Position numbers and translations under genes: made by a program. A model generated the notes under the pieces. It was not told where the DNA came from. It saw only the letters and a program-made list of their open reading frames with translations, and did not search any database. DNA of 64,000 nt from a bacterium (GTDB lineage Bacteria > Bacillota_I > Bacilli_A > RFN20 > CAG-288): NCBI GenBank assembly GCA_963621825.1, contig CAVFFP010000003.1, positions 8,801-72,800 of the forward strand. Reading direction: 5' to 3'. Positions 30,044 through 40,033 of the stretch are shown here, one piece after another (the first letter of the stretch is position 1; every line of letters begins with the position of its first letter).

Positions 30044-32251
30044 ATGAAAATCCAAAACCACATCTACACATTCGAAGATGTCAAAGCCATCTATTCTAAA
30101 TACATTCACGACGCTGATTCCCTGGCTTTGATTGAGAAAGCGTATCGTTTTGCTGATGAGAAACACGAGGGACAGGTCCGCAAAAGTGGTGATCCCTATG
30201 TTTCACATTGCATCGGTGTTGCTGAAATATTAGCTGAGCTTCAGGCAGGACCTATCACCATCTGTGCTGGACTTCTTCACGATACGATTGAGGATACTCC
30301 CACTACCAAAGAGGAGATCGAAAAACTGTTCGGCAAAGAAGTTGCCGTCCTAGTAGAGGCTTTGACAAAGGTTACTAGACTTTCTGATTACAAGAATGTC
30401 GAATTTACCGCTGAAAATCATCGCAAAATCTTTGTTGCTATGGCGAAGGATGTCCGTGTCATCATCGTCAAGCTTTCTGATCGACTCCACAATATGAGGA
30501 CACTTCAGTTCCAGCCAAGAGAAAAGCAGATTCGCATCTCAAAAGAGACTTTGGATGTCTATGCTCCAATCGCTCATCGACTCGGTTTATACAACGTTCA
30601 GACCGAATTGGAAGATCTTTCCTTATGGTATCTGGAACCGGAAAAGTACAAAGATATCGAAGAGAAGATGAACTCGTCGATTCAGAATGCACATGCGGCT
30701 TTGGAACAATTGAAGAACGAATTGACACAGATACTGAAAGACAGCAAGATTCCTTTTTCTGTCACTGACCGTGTCAAATCGGTGTATTCCATCTATAAGA
30801 AGATGTACAACAAACACTACTCCTTTGATCAGATCTTCGACATTATGGCACTCCGTGTCATCACAGAGACGGAACAGAACTGTTATGAGATCTTAGGCTA
30901 CGTCCATGCCAATTTCAAACCGGTCCCTGGCCGTTTCAAAGACTATATCGCTATGCCGAAACCGAATATGTACCAGTCCTTACATACGACGGTCATTACA
31001 GGCACTGGCCATGTCTTTGAAATCCAGATCAGAACTAAGCAGATGGATGAGACGGCAGAAGGTGGCGTTGCTGCTCATTGGCGTTATAAAGAGGGCTCTC
31101 ATTACGATGCCAAGAGAGAACAGGAAGAGATTGAAAATCAGCTTCATTGGTTCAAGGACTTCGTTTCTATGACCGATGAAGGGAAGGATTCTTCGGCTAA
31201 GGAATACGTCGATACGCTTTCCCATGATATTTTTGATGCCAACGTATATGTCTTCACTCCGAAGGGCAATGTCGTATGTCTTCCTAACGGTTCCACTCCA
31301 ATCGACTTTGCCTATCGTATCCATTCCGACTTAGGCGATCACCTTCAGGGCACTAAGGTAAACGGTACTTTGGTACCGCTTTCTACTACTTTGAAGACAG
31401 GCGATATTGTAGAAGTCATCAACAACAAAAACGCCTCTCCGAACTCGGAGTGGCTCAATATTGCACATACGAATTTCGCAAGAAACAAGATCAGAAAATA
31501 CTTAGCGAAACAAAATGCCGATTATGTAAGAGAAGATGCCCTCAAGCGCGGAAGACAAACGTTACAGGATGCTCTCCGTGAGAGAAAGATTACCATCGAA
31601 CCATCTAAGCTTTACACGAAGAAAGTTTTGGATAACTTCCACGCGGAAAATAGCGACGATCTTCTTCTGATGGTTGCCAATAAGTCAGTCTTCCCATATC
31701 AGATTATCGACGTATGCGAGAATATCGAATACGATGGAAAGATGACCGCAGAACAGATTACGGAGAGAATCAATCAGAGAACGGTCAAGAAGAACACGAA
31801 TGACTCTGTCCTTCTGAAAAACGGTGACACCGTTATGATTGCTCTTGCCAACTGCTGCACTCCGATTCCGGGTGACGATATCATCGGCTTTGTCTCAACG
31901 GGTCAAGGTGTCAAAGTTCACCGCTGTGACTGTCCGAATGTTCTAAGGGATGACTGCAAATCCAGACTGATCGAAGTCAAATGGAATCCGGATAAGAAGA
32001 GTGAAGGCTCCTATCCTGTCGACTTGGCGGTCCTGTGCCACGACAGAAATAACCTTCTCATCGACATTCTTAACACAATGACTGCTTGTGACGCTAAGGT
32101 CATCAAGATCAATGCAAAAGTTCACAATTCCAACAACACGACAACAGTTGCTATGACAGTCTTATGCCGTGATAAGGAACAGTTAGGACATTACATGCAT
32201 ACGCTCATGGGTGTAAAATCCGTCTTCCAGATTCAGAGAGTCACGCATTAG
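30044..32251 (+). CDS. rel: Bifunctional (p)ppGpp synthetase/hydrolase Rel
   Basis: 735 aa; HD hydrolase (LLHDTIEDT), synthetase domain, TGS and ACT C-terminal domains. Confidence 0.9.
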   Translation: MKIQNHIYTFEDVKAIYSKYIHDADSLALIEKAYRFADEKHEGQVRKSGDPYVSHCIGVAEILAELQAGPITICAGLLHDTIEDTPTTKEEIEKLFGKEVAVLVEALTKVTRLSDYKNVEFTAENHRKIFVAMAKDVRVIIVKLSDRLHNMRTLQFQPREKQIRISKETLDVYAPIAHRLGLYNVQTELEDLSLWYLEPEKYKDIEEKMNSSIQNAHAALEQLKNELTQILKDSKIPFSVTDRVKSVYSIYKKMYNKHYSFDQIFDIMALRVITETEQNCYEILGYVHANFKPVPGRFKDYIAMPKPNMYQSLHTTVITGTGHVFEIQIRTKQMDETAEGGVAAHWRYKEGSHYDAKREQEEIENQLHWFKDFVSMTDEGKDSSAKEYVDTLSHDIFDANVYVFTPKGNVVCLPNGSTPIDFAYRIHSDLGDHLQGTKVNGTLVPLSTTLKTGDIVEVINNKNASPNSEWLNIAHTNFARNKIRKYLAKQNADYVREDALKRGRQTLQDALRERKITIEPSKLYTKKVLDNFHAENSDDLLLMVANKSVFPYQIIDVCENIEYDGKMTAEQITERINQRTVKKNTNDSVLLKNGDTVMIALANCCTPIPGDDIIGFVSTGQGVKVHRCDCPNVLRDDCKSRLIEVKWNPDKKSEGSYPVDLAVLCHDRNNLLIDILNTMTACDAKVIKINAKVHNSNNTTTVAMTVLCRDKEQLGHYMHTLMGVKSVFQIQRVTH

Positions 32252-32336
32252 TGCTCTCTGATTCCTTTCTTTCGCTTAATTTATTACTTATTTTGTTATA
32301 TAATATTGTGTTTTAATTTTGGAGGCTATTTTTCAT

Positions 32337-33578
32337 ATGGCAGAACAAATCATCAAAAGGCCGCGTGGCACAATCGATTATTTCGGTGAAGAGGAGAAAG
32401 TCCTTCTTGGATTGAAGGACATCCTTTTGTCACAGGCTCATAACTATGGTTGTGAGGAAGTGGAGCTTCCTCTCTTTGAGGAGAACCGCCTGTTCCATAG
32501 AACGGTCGGCGAGAGTTCTGATATCGTTCAGAAGGAAACGTTTGATTTGGAACAGAGAGGTGATAAGAACTACACGCTCCGTCCAGAGTTCACTGCTTCT
32601 GTCTCCCGTGCTGTCATTGAAAACAAGTTATACAATTCTCCGGATATGCCGCTTCGCTTCTGCTATCTCGGAGAGGTCTTCCGTTATGAGAGACCACAGA
32701 CAGGAAGACTTCGTCAGTTCAATCAGTTCGGTGTCGAATTCATCGATACCAAGATTGACCTTTCTTCCACTTTGGACGCTTTCCTGCTTTCTGTCCGTTC
32801 GAGCGAAGCTCTTTTAGGACATAAGGTCAAGGCAAAAATCAATTTCTTAGGCTCCTTTGAATCAAGAGAAATCTACAAGAAGGAACTTTACGAATACTTC
32901 AAACCTAAAATCGATAATATGTGCGATGACTGCAAAAGAAGATTGGAGACAAATCCTTTACGTATCTTAGACTGCAAAGTTGAAGCTGATCAGGCCATTG
33001 CCAAGGAATCTCCGAGAATCACAAATTATCTCAACGAAGAAGACAAGAAAGAATACGAGAACATCAAAGAAGCTCTCAATCGTATCGGAATCGAATATGT
33101 CGTGGATGATGAGCTAGTCAGAGGCCTTGATTATTACACCGGCCTTGTCTGGGAACTCTACGATACCGAGAACAAGACATTGGGTGCTATCGGCGGAGGA
33201 GGAAAGTACTCTTCCTTGATGAAACAGATCGGCGGTCCGGATATGGAAGGCATCGGATTCTCCCTTGGTGTAGAGCGTCTTATCATCGCTTTAAGCGACG
33301 AGAGAAAGGCTGAAATCAAGAAAGAAAAGCCTTTGGATTACTTCATCATCGATTTTGCAAGAGATGGCTATGCCTCTTATCTTGCAGACCGACTTCGCTC
33401 TAAAGGTAAGAACGTCATGTTCGCTTCTTATTCAAGAGCCTTGGGCGGTGCCTTCAAGATGGCAGACAGAAAACATGCAAAATCTGTCCTTATCGTGGAA
33501 AGCGACCATCGCATCCAGGAGAAAGTCATGGAGACGAGAAGTCAGAATGATATCACGGAAGAGGAACTTTTCCGCTGA
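32337..33578 (+). CDS. hisS: Histidine--tRNA ligase
   Basis: MAEQIIKRPRGTIDYFGEE N-terminus, class II motifs; start moved to ATG 32337 (track ORF begins at TTG 32319); no T-box (85-nt leader with TGn-TATAAT promoter). Confidence 0.9.
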   Translation: MAEQIIKRPRGTIDYFGEEEKVLLGLKDILLSQAHNYGCEEVELPLFEENRLFHRTVGESSDIVQKETFDLEQRGDKNYTLRPEFTASVSRAVIENKLYNSPDMPLRFCYLGEVFRYERPQTGRLRQFNQFGVEFIDTKIDLSSTLDAFLLSVRSSEALLGHKVKAKINFLGSFESREIYKKELYEYFKPKIDNMCDDCKRRLETNPLRILDCKVEADQAIAKESPRITNYLNEEDKKEYENIKEALNRIGIEYVVDDELVRGLDYYTGLVWELYDTENKTLGAIGGGGKYSSLMKQIGGPDMEGIGFSLGVERLIIALSDERKAEIKKEKPLDYFIIDFARDGYASYLADRLRSKGKNVMFASYSRALGGAFKMADRKHAKSVLIVESDHRIQEKVMETRSQNDITEEELFR

Positions 33579-33590
33579 TAGGAGGAACAT

Positions 33591-35324
33591 ATGCTTAGAA
33601 CTAATACTTGCGGCGAACTTCGCCTGTCGGATGTCGGTAAGGAAGTCACTCTTTGCGGTTGGGTATCCACCGTCAGAAATCTTGGCTCTCTTTGCTTTGT
33701 CGATTTAAGAGACAAATACGGAATCACACAGCTGAATATCGATACGGAACTCTTCCACAAGTGTCCGTTGAAGACCGAATACTGTGTCAGTGTCACAGGA
33801 ACTGTGGCAAAAAGAGAAGTCGCCAATGACAACATTCCTACTGGTCAGATTGAAATCTCCGTCAAAGAGATCAAAGTCTTCTCCAAGAGCGAAACGACTC
33901 CTTTCGAAATCAAAGATGATACCAATGCCAGTGAAGATACGAGACTTTTATACCGTTATCTCGATTTAAGAAGACCTGTCATGCAGAAGTATCTTGCAAT
34001 CCGTCATGATATCAACCGTTATGCAAGAGAATACCTCTATGAGAACAATTTTCAGGAGATTGATACACCGACTTTGATTAAGTCCACTCCGGAAGGGGCA
34101 AGAGACTATCTTGTTCCTAGCCGTATCTATCCGGGAAGCTTCTATGCTCTTCCTCAATCTCCTCAGCTATACAAACAGCTCCTTATGATCAGCGGTTCTG
34201 ACCGCTATTTCCAACTCGCTCATTGCTATCGTGATGAAGATCAGAGAGCGGACAGACAGCCGGAATTCATGCAGATCGACTGTGAAATGTCTTTCTGCAC
34301 TAGAGAAGATGTCCTTTCTGTCATCGAAGGACTTCTCGATTATCTGTTCTTGAAGATCAAGGGCGTGAAATTGCCGCCTTTTGTCCGTCTTGACTACGAT
34401 GTCGCCATCCACTCTTACGGAAGCGACAAGCCGGATCTTCGTTTCGATATGCTTCTTAACGATGTCACTCCTTCCTTGGAGGGATGCGGCTTCAAGGCCT
34501 ATGAAGGTAAGAATGTCATCGCTCTTGTCGTACCTAATAGAGCACACGAGACGACTAGAAAGCAGATGGATAGCGACAACATGCTTGCTAAGAAGTTCCA
34601 TGTCTTCGGTGTCACCCATCTCAAGTATGAAAACGGTGCTCTTACCGGTAACATCTTAAAGAATGTCAATCCGGAGAACGTTGAAAAACTTCAAAAACAG
34701 CTTTCTCTCAACGAGGATGATCTTGTCATCCTTTGCGCCGATGAGAAGAAGGACAAGGCCTGCTGGGCACTCGGTGCCTTAAGAAGCTACTATGGTCAGC
34801 TTCTCGGCCTTTGCAAGAAGGATGACTACAAGCCTTTGTTTGTCATCAACTGGCCGTTATTTGAAAGAGATGACGAAGGCAATATTGTCTCTTTGTCCAA
34901 TCCTTTCACTAGACCGATCGACGAAGATCTTCATTATCTTGATGAGGATCCTACCAAGATCCGTTCTACATCCTATGATACTGTCCTCAATGGTGTTGAA
35001 CTCTCTTCCGGTGCTTTAAGAATCTATGATTCTGAGACACAGGAGAAAGTCTTCAGCCTTTTAGGACTCAGTGAAGAGGATATCAATGTCCGCTTTGGCT
35101 TCTTTGTCAAAGCTCTGAAATACGGTGTTCCTCCGGAAGGCGGCTTCGGTATCGGTATCGAGCGTCTTGCCATGGAACTTGCCGGAACAGACAATGTCCG
35201 CGATGTTGTCGCTTTCCCCAAGAACCTCAAAGCCTTTGAGCCGATGTCTAGCTGCCCGAGCCGTGTTCCGACATGTGACACGGATATTCTCGGTATCCGT
35301 TTTGTCGATAAAGAATCTGAATAA
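33591..35324 (+). CDS. aspS: Aspartate--tRNA ligase
   Basis: MLRTNTCGELR...VTLCGWV OB-fold N-terminus, class IIb core, GAD insertion; 12 nt after hisS. Confidence 0.95.
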   Translation: MLRTNTCGELRLSDVGKEVTLCGWVSTVRNLGSLCFVDLRDKYGITQLNIDTELFHKCPLKTEYCVSVTGTVAKREVANDNIPTGQIEISVKEIKVFSKSETTPFEIKDDTNASEDTRLLYRYLDLRRPVMQKYLAIRHDINRYAREYLYENNFQEIDTPTLIKSTPEGARDYLVPSRIYPGSFYALPQSPQLYKQLLMISGSDRYFQLAHCYRDEDQRADRQPEFMQIDCEMSFCTREDVLSVIEGLLDYLFLKIKGVKLPPFVRLDYDVAIHSYGSDKPDLRFDMLLNDVTPSLEGCGFKAYEGKNVIALVVPNRAHETTRKQMDSDNMLAKKFHVFGVTHLKYENGALTGNILKNVNPENVEKLQKQLSLNEDDLVILCADEKKDKACWALGALRSYYGQLLGLCKKDDYKPLFVINWPLFERDDEGNIVSLSNPFTRPIDEDLHYLDEDPTKIRSTSYDTVLNGVELSSGALRIYDSETQEKVFSLLGLSEEDINVRFGFFVKALKYGVPPEGGFGIGIERLAMELAGTDNVRDVVAFPKNLKAFEPMSSCPSRVPTCDTDILGIRFVDKESE

Positions 35325-35347
35325 TTATTTTGAAAGAGAGGTGGATT

Positions 35348-36724
35348 ATGAATACTGAATTGCCTTTTGGCTCAACCTCATTGAAAAAAGACCTTCTTGA
35401 TATTCTGAAAGAAGATGGTTTTGTTTCGATGTCCCCCGTCCAAGCTAAGACGATTCCTTTGATGCTGAAAGGGAATAACGTTCTTTCCTTAGCACCGACA
35501 GGCACTGGCAAGACTCTTGCCTATGCTTTGCCGATTTTGAATGATTTAGAGGATAACGGATATGTGCAGGCTGTCATCATCTCTCCGACGGTTGCTCTTC
35601 TTGATCAGATCAAGTCGGTCTTTGAAGAATTCACGCTTAGAATGAGCTTTAAGCCCGATGCGGTAAAAGCCATCTATTCTCAGAATGACTTCAAGAGAAG
35701 CAGACCGGATGTTGTTCTTATCACTCCGGAACTCTATCCTTCCTTATGTTCTCATTATCCTGTCAATAAGCTGAAACGCGTTGTCATCGATGAAGGTGAC
35801 ATGGTCGCTTTTGATGGATTCAAGGACGCTTTGGAAGCTCTGAAGAAACAGAAGGAAGCCCATATGATTTCCTTCTTCTCCGCCTCTTTGAATGAACAGG
35901 ATATCAAAAGAGTCAAGAAGACCTTTGCTATTGAATCGGTTGTGGATGTCAGAGATGCCATCACTTCAAAAAGCGTCAAGCATCATTTAGTTGATATCAG
36001 AACAAACAGCAAGGCCCAGGCTTTGGATCTCTTTATGTCCGAGGCTGCTCCTTTTAAGACAATCGCCTTTGTCTCTACCAAAGAGGAACTCTATAAGGTC
36101 AGCGAGGAACTGAAAAAGCTTCACCGTCATCACCTGATTGTTCATGGAGGTTTAGACAAGAGAGAAATCAAGAAGACCCTCGATAGTTTCCGTAAGGATG
36201 AGGAAAATCTTCTTTTGGCTTCAGACTATGTTTCCCGCGGATTGGATATTCCGGATGTCGAAGTCATCCTTTCGTTGGATTTACCGAAAGACTCTGACTA
36301 CTATTTCCACCGTGCAGGAAGAGCAGGTAGATTCTCTGCACCTGGTGATTCCTATGTCTTCTATACGATGGATGACGAGGATTCTGTCAAAAAGGTTAAA
36401 GATCTTGTCAGAAGAAACGTAAACTTCGACTCCTTCACGCTGACAAAAGAAAATCTGAAGAAGAACAAGGGAGCCTATGAGTTCCGCAATCTTGGAAAGA
36501 AGGACAGAGCTGATTCCGATGTCCTTCAGAAGAAGATCCGTCATGCCGTGAACGAAAACAAGTCGAGAAAGGTTAAGCCCGGCTATAAGAAAAAGGTCAA
36601 GAAAGCTGTTGATCTTGTCAAATTCAAACATAGACGTAAAATCGTTTTGACCAACATCGTCAAAAACGGCGGAAACGCCAAGGACTTCCATATGGATCGT
36701 CCTACCAATTCAAAAAAGAAGTGA
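35348..36724 (+). CDS. DEAD-box ATP-dependent RNA helicase (DEGD variant) with basic C-terminal tail
   Basis: Q-motif, APTGTGKT, DEGD (in place of DEAD), SAS, HRAGRAGR; C-terminal Lys/Arg-rich extension. Confidence 0.8.
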   Translation: MNTELPFGSTSLKKDLLDILKEDGFVSMSPVQAKTIPLMLKGNNVLSLAPTGTGKTLAYALPILNDLEDNGYVQAVIISPTVALLDQIKSVFEEFTLRMSFKPDAVKAIYSQNDFKRSRPDVVLITPELYPSLCSHYPVNKLKRVVIDEGDMVAFDGFKDALEALKKQKEAHMISFFSASLNEQDIKRVKKTFAIESVVDVRDAITSKSVKHHLVDIRTNSKAQALDLFMSEAAPFKTIAFVSTKEELYKVSEELKKLHRHHLIVHGGLDKREIKKTLDSFRKDEENLLLASDYVSRGLDIPDVEVILSLDLPKDSDYYFHRAGRAGRFSAPGDSYVFYTMDDEDSVKKVKDLVRRNVNFDSFTLTKENLKKNKGAYEFRNLGKKDRADSDVLQKKIRHAVNENKSRKVKPGYKKKVKKAVDLVKFKHRRKIVLTNIVKNGGNAKDFHMDRPTNSKKK

Positions 36725-36730
36725 AAAATA

Positions 36731-36763
36731 GGCTCTGAGAACTCTCAGGGCCTTTCTTTTTTG
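36731..36763 (+). terminator. Rho-independent terminator after the helicase (GGCTCTGAGA-AC-TCTCAGGGCC-TTTCTTTTTTG)
   Basis: seen directly; overlaps the 3' end of convergent ispG. Confidence 0.65.
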
Positions 36764-37794
36764 TCGATGGATTCAAAGAGAAGTCTTATAGCTTCTTCTT
36801 TTTCGTATAGTCCTATCTCTTTTCCGTTTTCAAAATAAAGATAGACATCCTTCTTTCCGCTTCCTGCGATTCCGAAATCGGCATCTTTGGCTTCTCCGAT
36901 TCCGTTGACGGGGCATCCCATGACCGCAACTTTTACATCCTTATTTACGTAATCGAGTTTATCCTGAACACGGTTTGCGACTTCTTTTAAATCAATCAGA
37001 GTTCTTCCACAGGATGGACATACGATAAGAGTAGGTACGTCTTTTCTTCTTCCCGTCAGCTTCAGAAGCTCTTTGCAGGCTCTGATTTCCTGTTTTCTGC
37101 TATCCGCTAAGGAAATACGTATCGTATCTCCGATACCTTTTTTCAGAAGGTCGGTAAGTGCATATGTGGTACGTATTGCACCGTTAAGGGAGAGTCCGCT
37201 TTCCGTCAAGCCGATATGAAGTGGGTATGGATATAAGTCATAGGCTTTTGTATATAGTTCCTTGATCTCGTCTGGATCACTTGTCTTCAAGGAAAGGACA
37301 AGATGAGTGAAGTTTTCCTCTTTGAAGACTTTTAAACTGTCCGATAAAGAAAGAAGCATATCATCGACAGGACTGTTCGTTTTTCCGCGGTACGCATTCA
37401 AAGAACCAGCATTGACTCCGATACGGATAGCCACGTTCCTTTTCTTACATTGATGTATCAGTTCTCTTAATAAGGAAAGAGAAGGAAAATTGCCAGGATT
37501 GATACGGATTTTGTCTACTCCGCTCTCCAATGAGAGAAAGGCAAGCTTTGGCAGGAAATGGATGTCGCTGACAATAGGCACATCAACCTGTCTTTTGATT
37601 TCCTTCAAAGCAAGAGCATCTTTTTCATCCAGCACAGAAAATCTCATCATCTGAAGTCCGCATAAAGAGAGTTCATTGGTCAAAGCAATATTTTCTTCAA
37701 TATGTTCAGTCTTGATATCTGACATCGATTGGATAGAGATCGGAACATCTTTTCCAATAGGAAGATTTCCGATTGTAAACTGATATTTGTCCAT
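36745..37794 (-). CDS. ispG: 4-hydroxy-3-methylbut-2-en-1-yl diphosphate synthase IspG (GcpE)
   Basis: 349 aa, TIM-barrel N-terminal half and C-terminal 4Fe-4S domain with CPSCGR...GCPVNG cysteines. Confidence 0.9.
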   Translation of the reverse strand: MDKYQFTIGNLPIGKDVPISIQSMSDIKTEHIEENIALTNELSLCGLQMMRFSVLDEKDALALKEIKRQVDVPIVSDIHFLPKLAFLSLESGVDKIRINPGNFPSLSLLRELIHQCKKRNVAIRIGVNAGSLNAYRGKTNSPVDDMLLSLSDSLKVFKEENFTHLVLSLKTSDPDEIKELYTKAYDLYPYPLHIGLTESGLSLNGAIRTTYALTDLLKKGIGDTIRISLADSRKQEIRACKELLKLTGRRKDVPTLIVCPSCGRTLIDLKEVANRVQDKLDYVNKDVKVAVMGCPVNGIGEAKDADFGIAGSGKKDVYLYFENGKEIGLYEKEEAIRLLFESIDKKERP

Positions 37795-37989
37795 GACAAT
37801 ATTGTAAACGAAGCGGCGAAAAAGAAAAGGAAATTTATAATAAAAGAACGGATAAATATTGAAGAATGTGTATGAAAAAGAAGAAACACAAAAGAAATAG
37901 AAACGGTTATCTTTCTTCTGGTTTGAACATAGAAGACAGTGCTTTTAATAAAACAAGCGCAAAAGTGTCTCAAAATTGCTTTCTTTTCC

Positions 37990-38018
37990 TTGAAAACTTC
38001 TCTCTTGCTCTATATAAT
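37990..38018 (+). promoter_or_regulatory. Consensus sigma-A promoter for rpmG (TTGAAA-17-TATAAT)
   Basis: seen directly, 33 nt upstream of the rpmG start. Confidence 0.6.
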
Positions 38019-38050
38019 AGTAAGGCTTACTTTTTAGGAGGACTAACAAA

Positions 38051-38209
38051 ATGGCTGAAAAACGTGCAAATATCATTCTCCGTTGCAAAGAATGCAAACA
38101 TGAGAACTACATCACCACGAAGAACAAGAAGGCTCATCCCGATCGTTTCAACACTCAGAAATATTGCCCTTGGTGCAATAAGAAGACCCTTCACGAAGAA
38201 AAGAAATAA
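38051..38209 (+). CDS. rpmG: 50S ribosomal protein L33
   Basis: 52 aa, MAEKRANIILRCKECKHENY...CPWCNKK zinc ribbon; AGGAGG RBS; below the ORF-track size cutoff. Confidence 0.9.
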   Translation: MAEKRANIILRCKECKHENYITTKNKKAHPDRFNTQKYCPWCNKKTLHEEKK

Positions 38210-38240
38210 ATTCGTAGTTGCAATCTAGGAGGACAAAAAG

Positions 38241-38810
38241 ATGGCAGACATGATTATGATCGGCGATTGTGGACCGGGCAAATCCTTTAAGGATGGAAAT
38301 GATATTTTCACTTCTTTGTCCATTGATCACAATAAGACCGCTATGAGAGGCATGATCGTTAAGATCAAGGCCAAGAACCTCAGAACAGGTTCCATTATGG
38401 AAAAATCCTACAATGGTGACATCAAGGTTGAACAGATTTATCTCGATAAGAGAATCATGAACCTTATGTATGATGACGGAAGTTTGGTTCACTTCCAGGA
38501 TTCCGAGACTTTTGATGAAGTCTCCATCCCGAAGGACAGACTTACTTGGGAAATGAACTTCATCTCCTTTGAAAACCCCATCACTGTCACATTCTATGGC
38601 CAGGAACTCCTCGGCGTTGAATTGCCTGCAAAGGTCACCCTTCTCATCACTGATACGGATGACAATGCTGTCGCAGGTGACACTGTCAATAAGGCAACAA
38701 AGGAAGCTATCTTGGAGACTGGATACAAGATCCGCGTTCCTATGTTCGTCAAGAACAACACCAAGATTGTCGTTACCACTGCTGACGGCGCCTACGATTC
38801 CAGAGCTTAA
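38241..38810 (+). CDS. efp: Elongation factor P
   Basis: 189 aa, three OB/KOW-like domains, KNLRTG motif; the canonical KPGKG loop is altered (KTAMRG). Confidence 0.85.
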   Translation: MADMIMIGDCGPGKSFKDGNDIFTSLSIDHNKTAMRGMIVKIKAKNLRTGSIMEKSYNGDIKVEQIYLDKRIMNLMYDDGSLVHFQDSETFDEVSIPKDRLTWEMNFISFENPITVTFYGQELLGVELPAKVTLLITDTDDNAVAGDTVNKATKEAILETGYKIRVPMFVKNNTKIVVTTADGAYDSRA

Positions 38811-38822
38811 TTTTGAAATCTG

Positions 38823-38853
38823 AATGCCGGAGCAGAACTCCGGCATTTTTATT
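38823..38853 (+). terminator. Rho-independent terminator after efp (AATGCCGGAG-CAGAA-CTCCGGCATT-TTTTATT)
   Basis: perfect 10-bp stem seen directly. Confidence 0.7.
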
Positions 38854-38874
38854 AACGAAAGGAGAAATGATATT

Positions 38875-39111
38875 ATGCCACTTTGGGCACAGATTGTCGT
38901 TCCGATTCTTGCGTTTATCCTTGGAGCTGTCTTAGGCCTCTTCATCTGCAGAAAGCTTGTGAAGAAGGAATTGGACAAGAACCCTCCCATCAACAAGGAA
39001 ATGATCAGAGCCTTGTACTCTTCTATGGGCCGTACTCCTTCTGAAGCACAGGTCAATGCCGCTATGAGAAACGTCATGCAGGCACAGAAGAACGGAAACA
39101 AGAAACGCTAA
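38875..39111 (+). CDS. yneF: UPF0154 (YneF-family) small membrane protein
   Basis: MPLWAQIVVPILAFILGAVLGLFICRKL...NPPINKEM matches Bsu YneF; AAAGGAGA RBS; start moved to ATG 38875. Confidence 0.7.
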   Translation: MPLWAQIVVPILAFILGAVLGLFICRKLVKKELDKNPPINKEMIRALYSSMGRTPSEAQVNAAMRNVMQAQKNGNKKR

Positions 39112-39116
39112 TAGTA

Positions 39117-39152
39117 AAACCTCTTTGGTTTATCAGCCGAAGAGGTTTTTTA
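39117..39152 (+). terminator. Terminator after yneF (AAACCTCTT-loop-AAGAGGTTTTTTATT)
   Basis: seen directly. Confidence 0.6.
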
Positions 39153-39171
39153 TTGTTCTGTTTCCGCAAAG

Positions 39172-39200
39172 AAAAAGCGAGACAGAAGATTCTGTCTCGC
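39172..39200 (-). terminator. Terminator of plsY (GCGAGACAG-AAGATT-CTGTCTCGC preceded by A5 on +, i.e. followed by U5 on -)
   Basis: seen directly. Confidence 0.55.
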
Positions 39201-39214
39201 ATGATGAATTTGTT

Positions 39215-39940
39215 TTAGTCTTTCTTGAAATGAGTTTCAGGCTCAATACCTTTTTCCAATCTTTGGATGTTTGATCTATGACGGATGACAATCATGGAAA
39301 CAAATAAGAGCATCGAGACAGTCGTTACAAAGCTAAGATGAAGCATGAGGGTGCTAGTGAAGTAAAGTCCGCCATTGAATGTCGTTTTATCCTGAAGCAC
39401 CGTAAGATCCAAGATAGCAGGAACACAGGAGAGGAGCAATGTCATCGGAGCACCGATAAGACTAGCGAGGGAAACTCTCTTTCTAAGGAAGAAAACGGAG
39501 AAGAAGATACTAGCTCCAACAACAGCAAGGATAGGGGAAACGAAGAGAACATATCCTGCAAAGCAGGCAACACATTTGCCACCTTTGAAGTGTCCGAATA
39601 TTGGATAGGAATGGCCTAAGGCGACAGCAAGGGCTGTGATGGATACGAAAATCTCATTGCGGTAGGAGAAATCAGAGATGGATAAGGGAGCGTATGTAAG
39701 AAGCAATAGGACAGCAAGGCAAGGGAGATAGCACTTGATCATGTCAAGGACCATCGTCAGGATTCCTGCCTTCTTGCCGATCACTCGTCCGACGTTGGTG
39801 CCGCCAGCGTTTTTGCTTCCTTCCTTGGTGATATCGACACCATGGCTTCTGGCGATGATTTTTGCCGTTGGAATGCTACCGATCAGATAGGCAAGAATGG
39901 CGGAGATGACTGCGAATAAAATAGTGTAAAAAGTTTCCAT
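39215..39940 (-). CDS. plsY: Glycerol-3-phosphate acyltransferase PlsY
   Basis: 241 aa polytopic membrane protein with PlsY motifs (GSGNAGGTNV-like: SKNAGGTNVGR); upstream of parE as in Bacillus. Confidence 0.85.
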   Translation of the reverse strand: METFYTILFAVISAILAYLIGSIPTAKIIARSHGVDITKEGSKNAGGTNVGRVIGKKAGILTMVLDMIKCYLPCLAVLLLLTYAPLSISDFSYRNEIFVSITALAVALGHSYPIFGHFKGGKCVACFAGYVLFVSPILAVVGASIFFSVFFLRKRVSLASLIGAPMTLLLSCVPAILDLTVLQDKTTFNGGLYFTSTLMLHLSFVTTVSMLLFVSMIVIRHRSNIQRLEKGIEPETHFKKD

Positions 39941-40033
39941 AAATAAATATTTATATATAACACAAGTATTATATCGATAAATGCTTTATTTTCAACTTTT
40001 TTACAAGTAAAATAATGTTTGAGGTTTTTTATT

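Noticed and set aside
38148-39101. 317-aa ORF on the minus strand
   Set aside because: Antisense to rpmG, efp and yneF. All three have canonical RBSs, terminators and conserved family motifs, so this is a spurious long antisense ORF.
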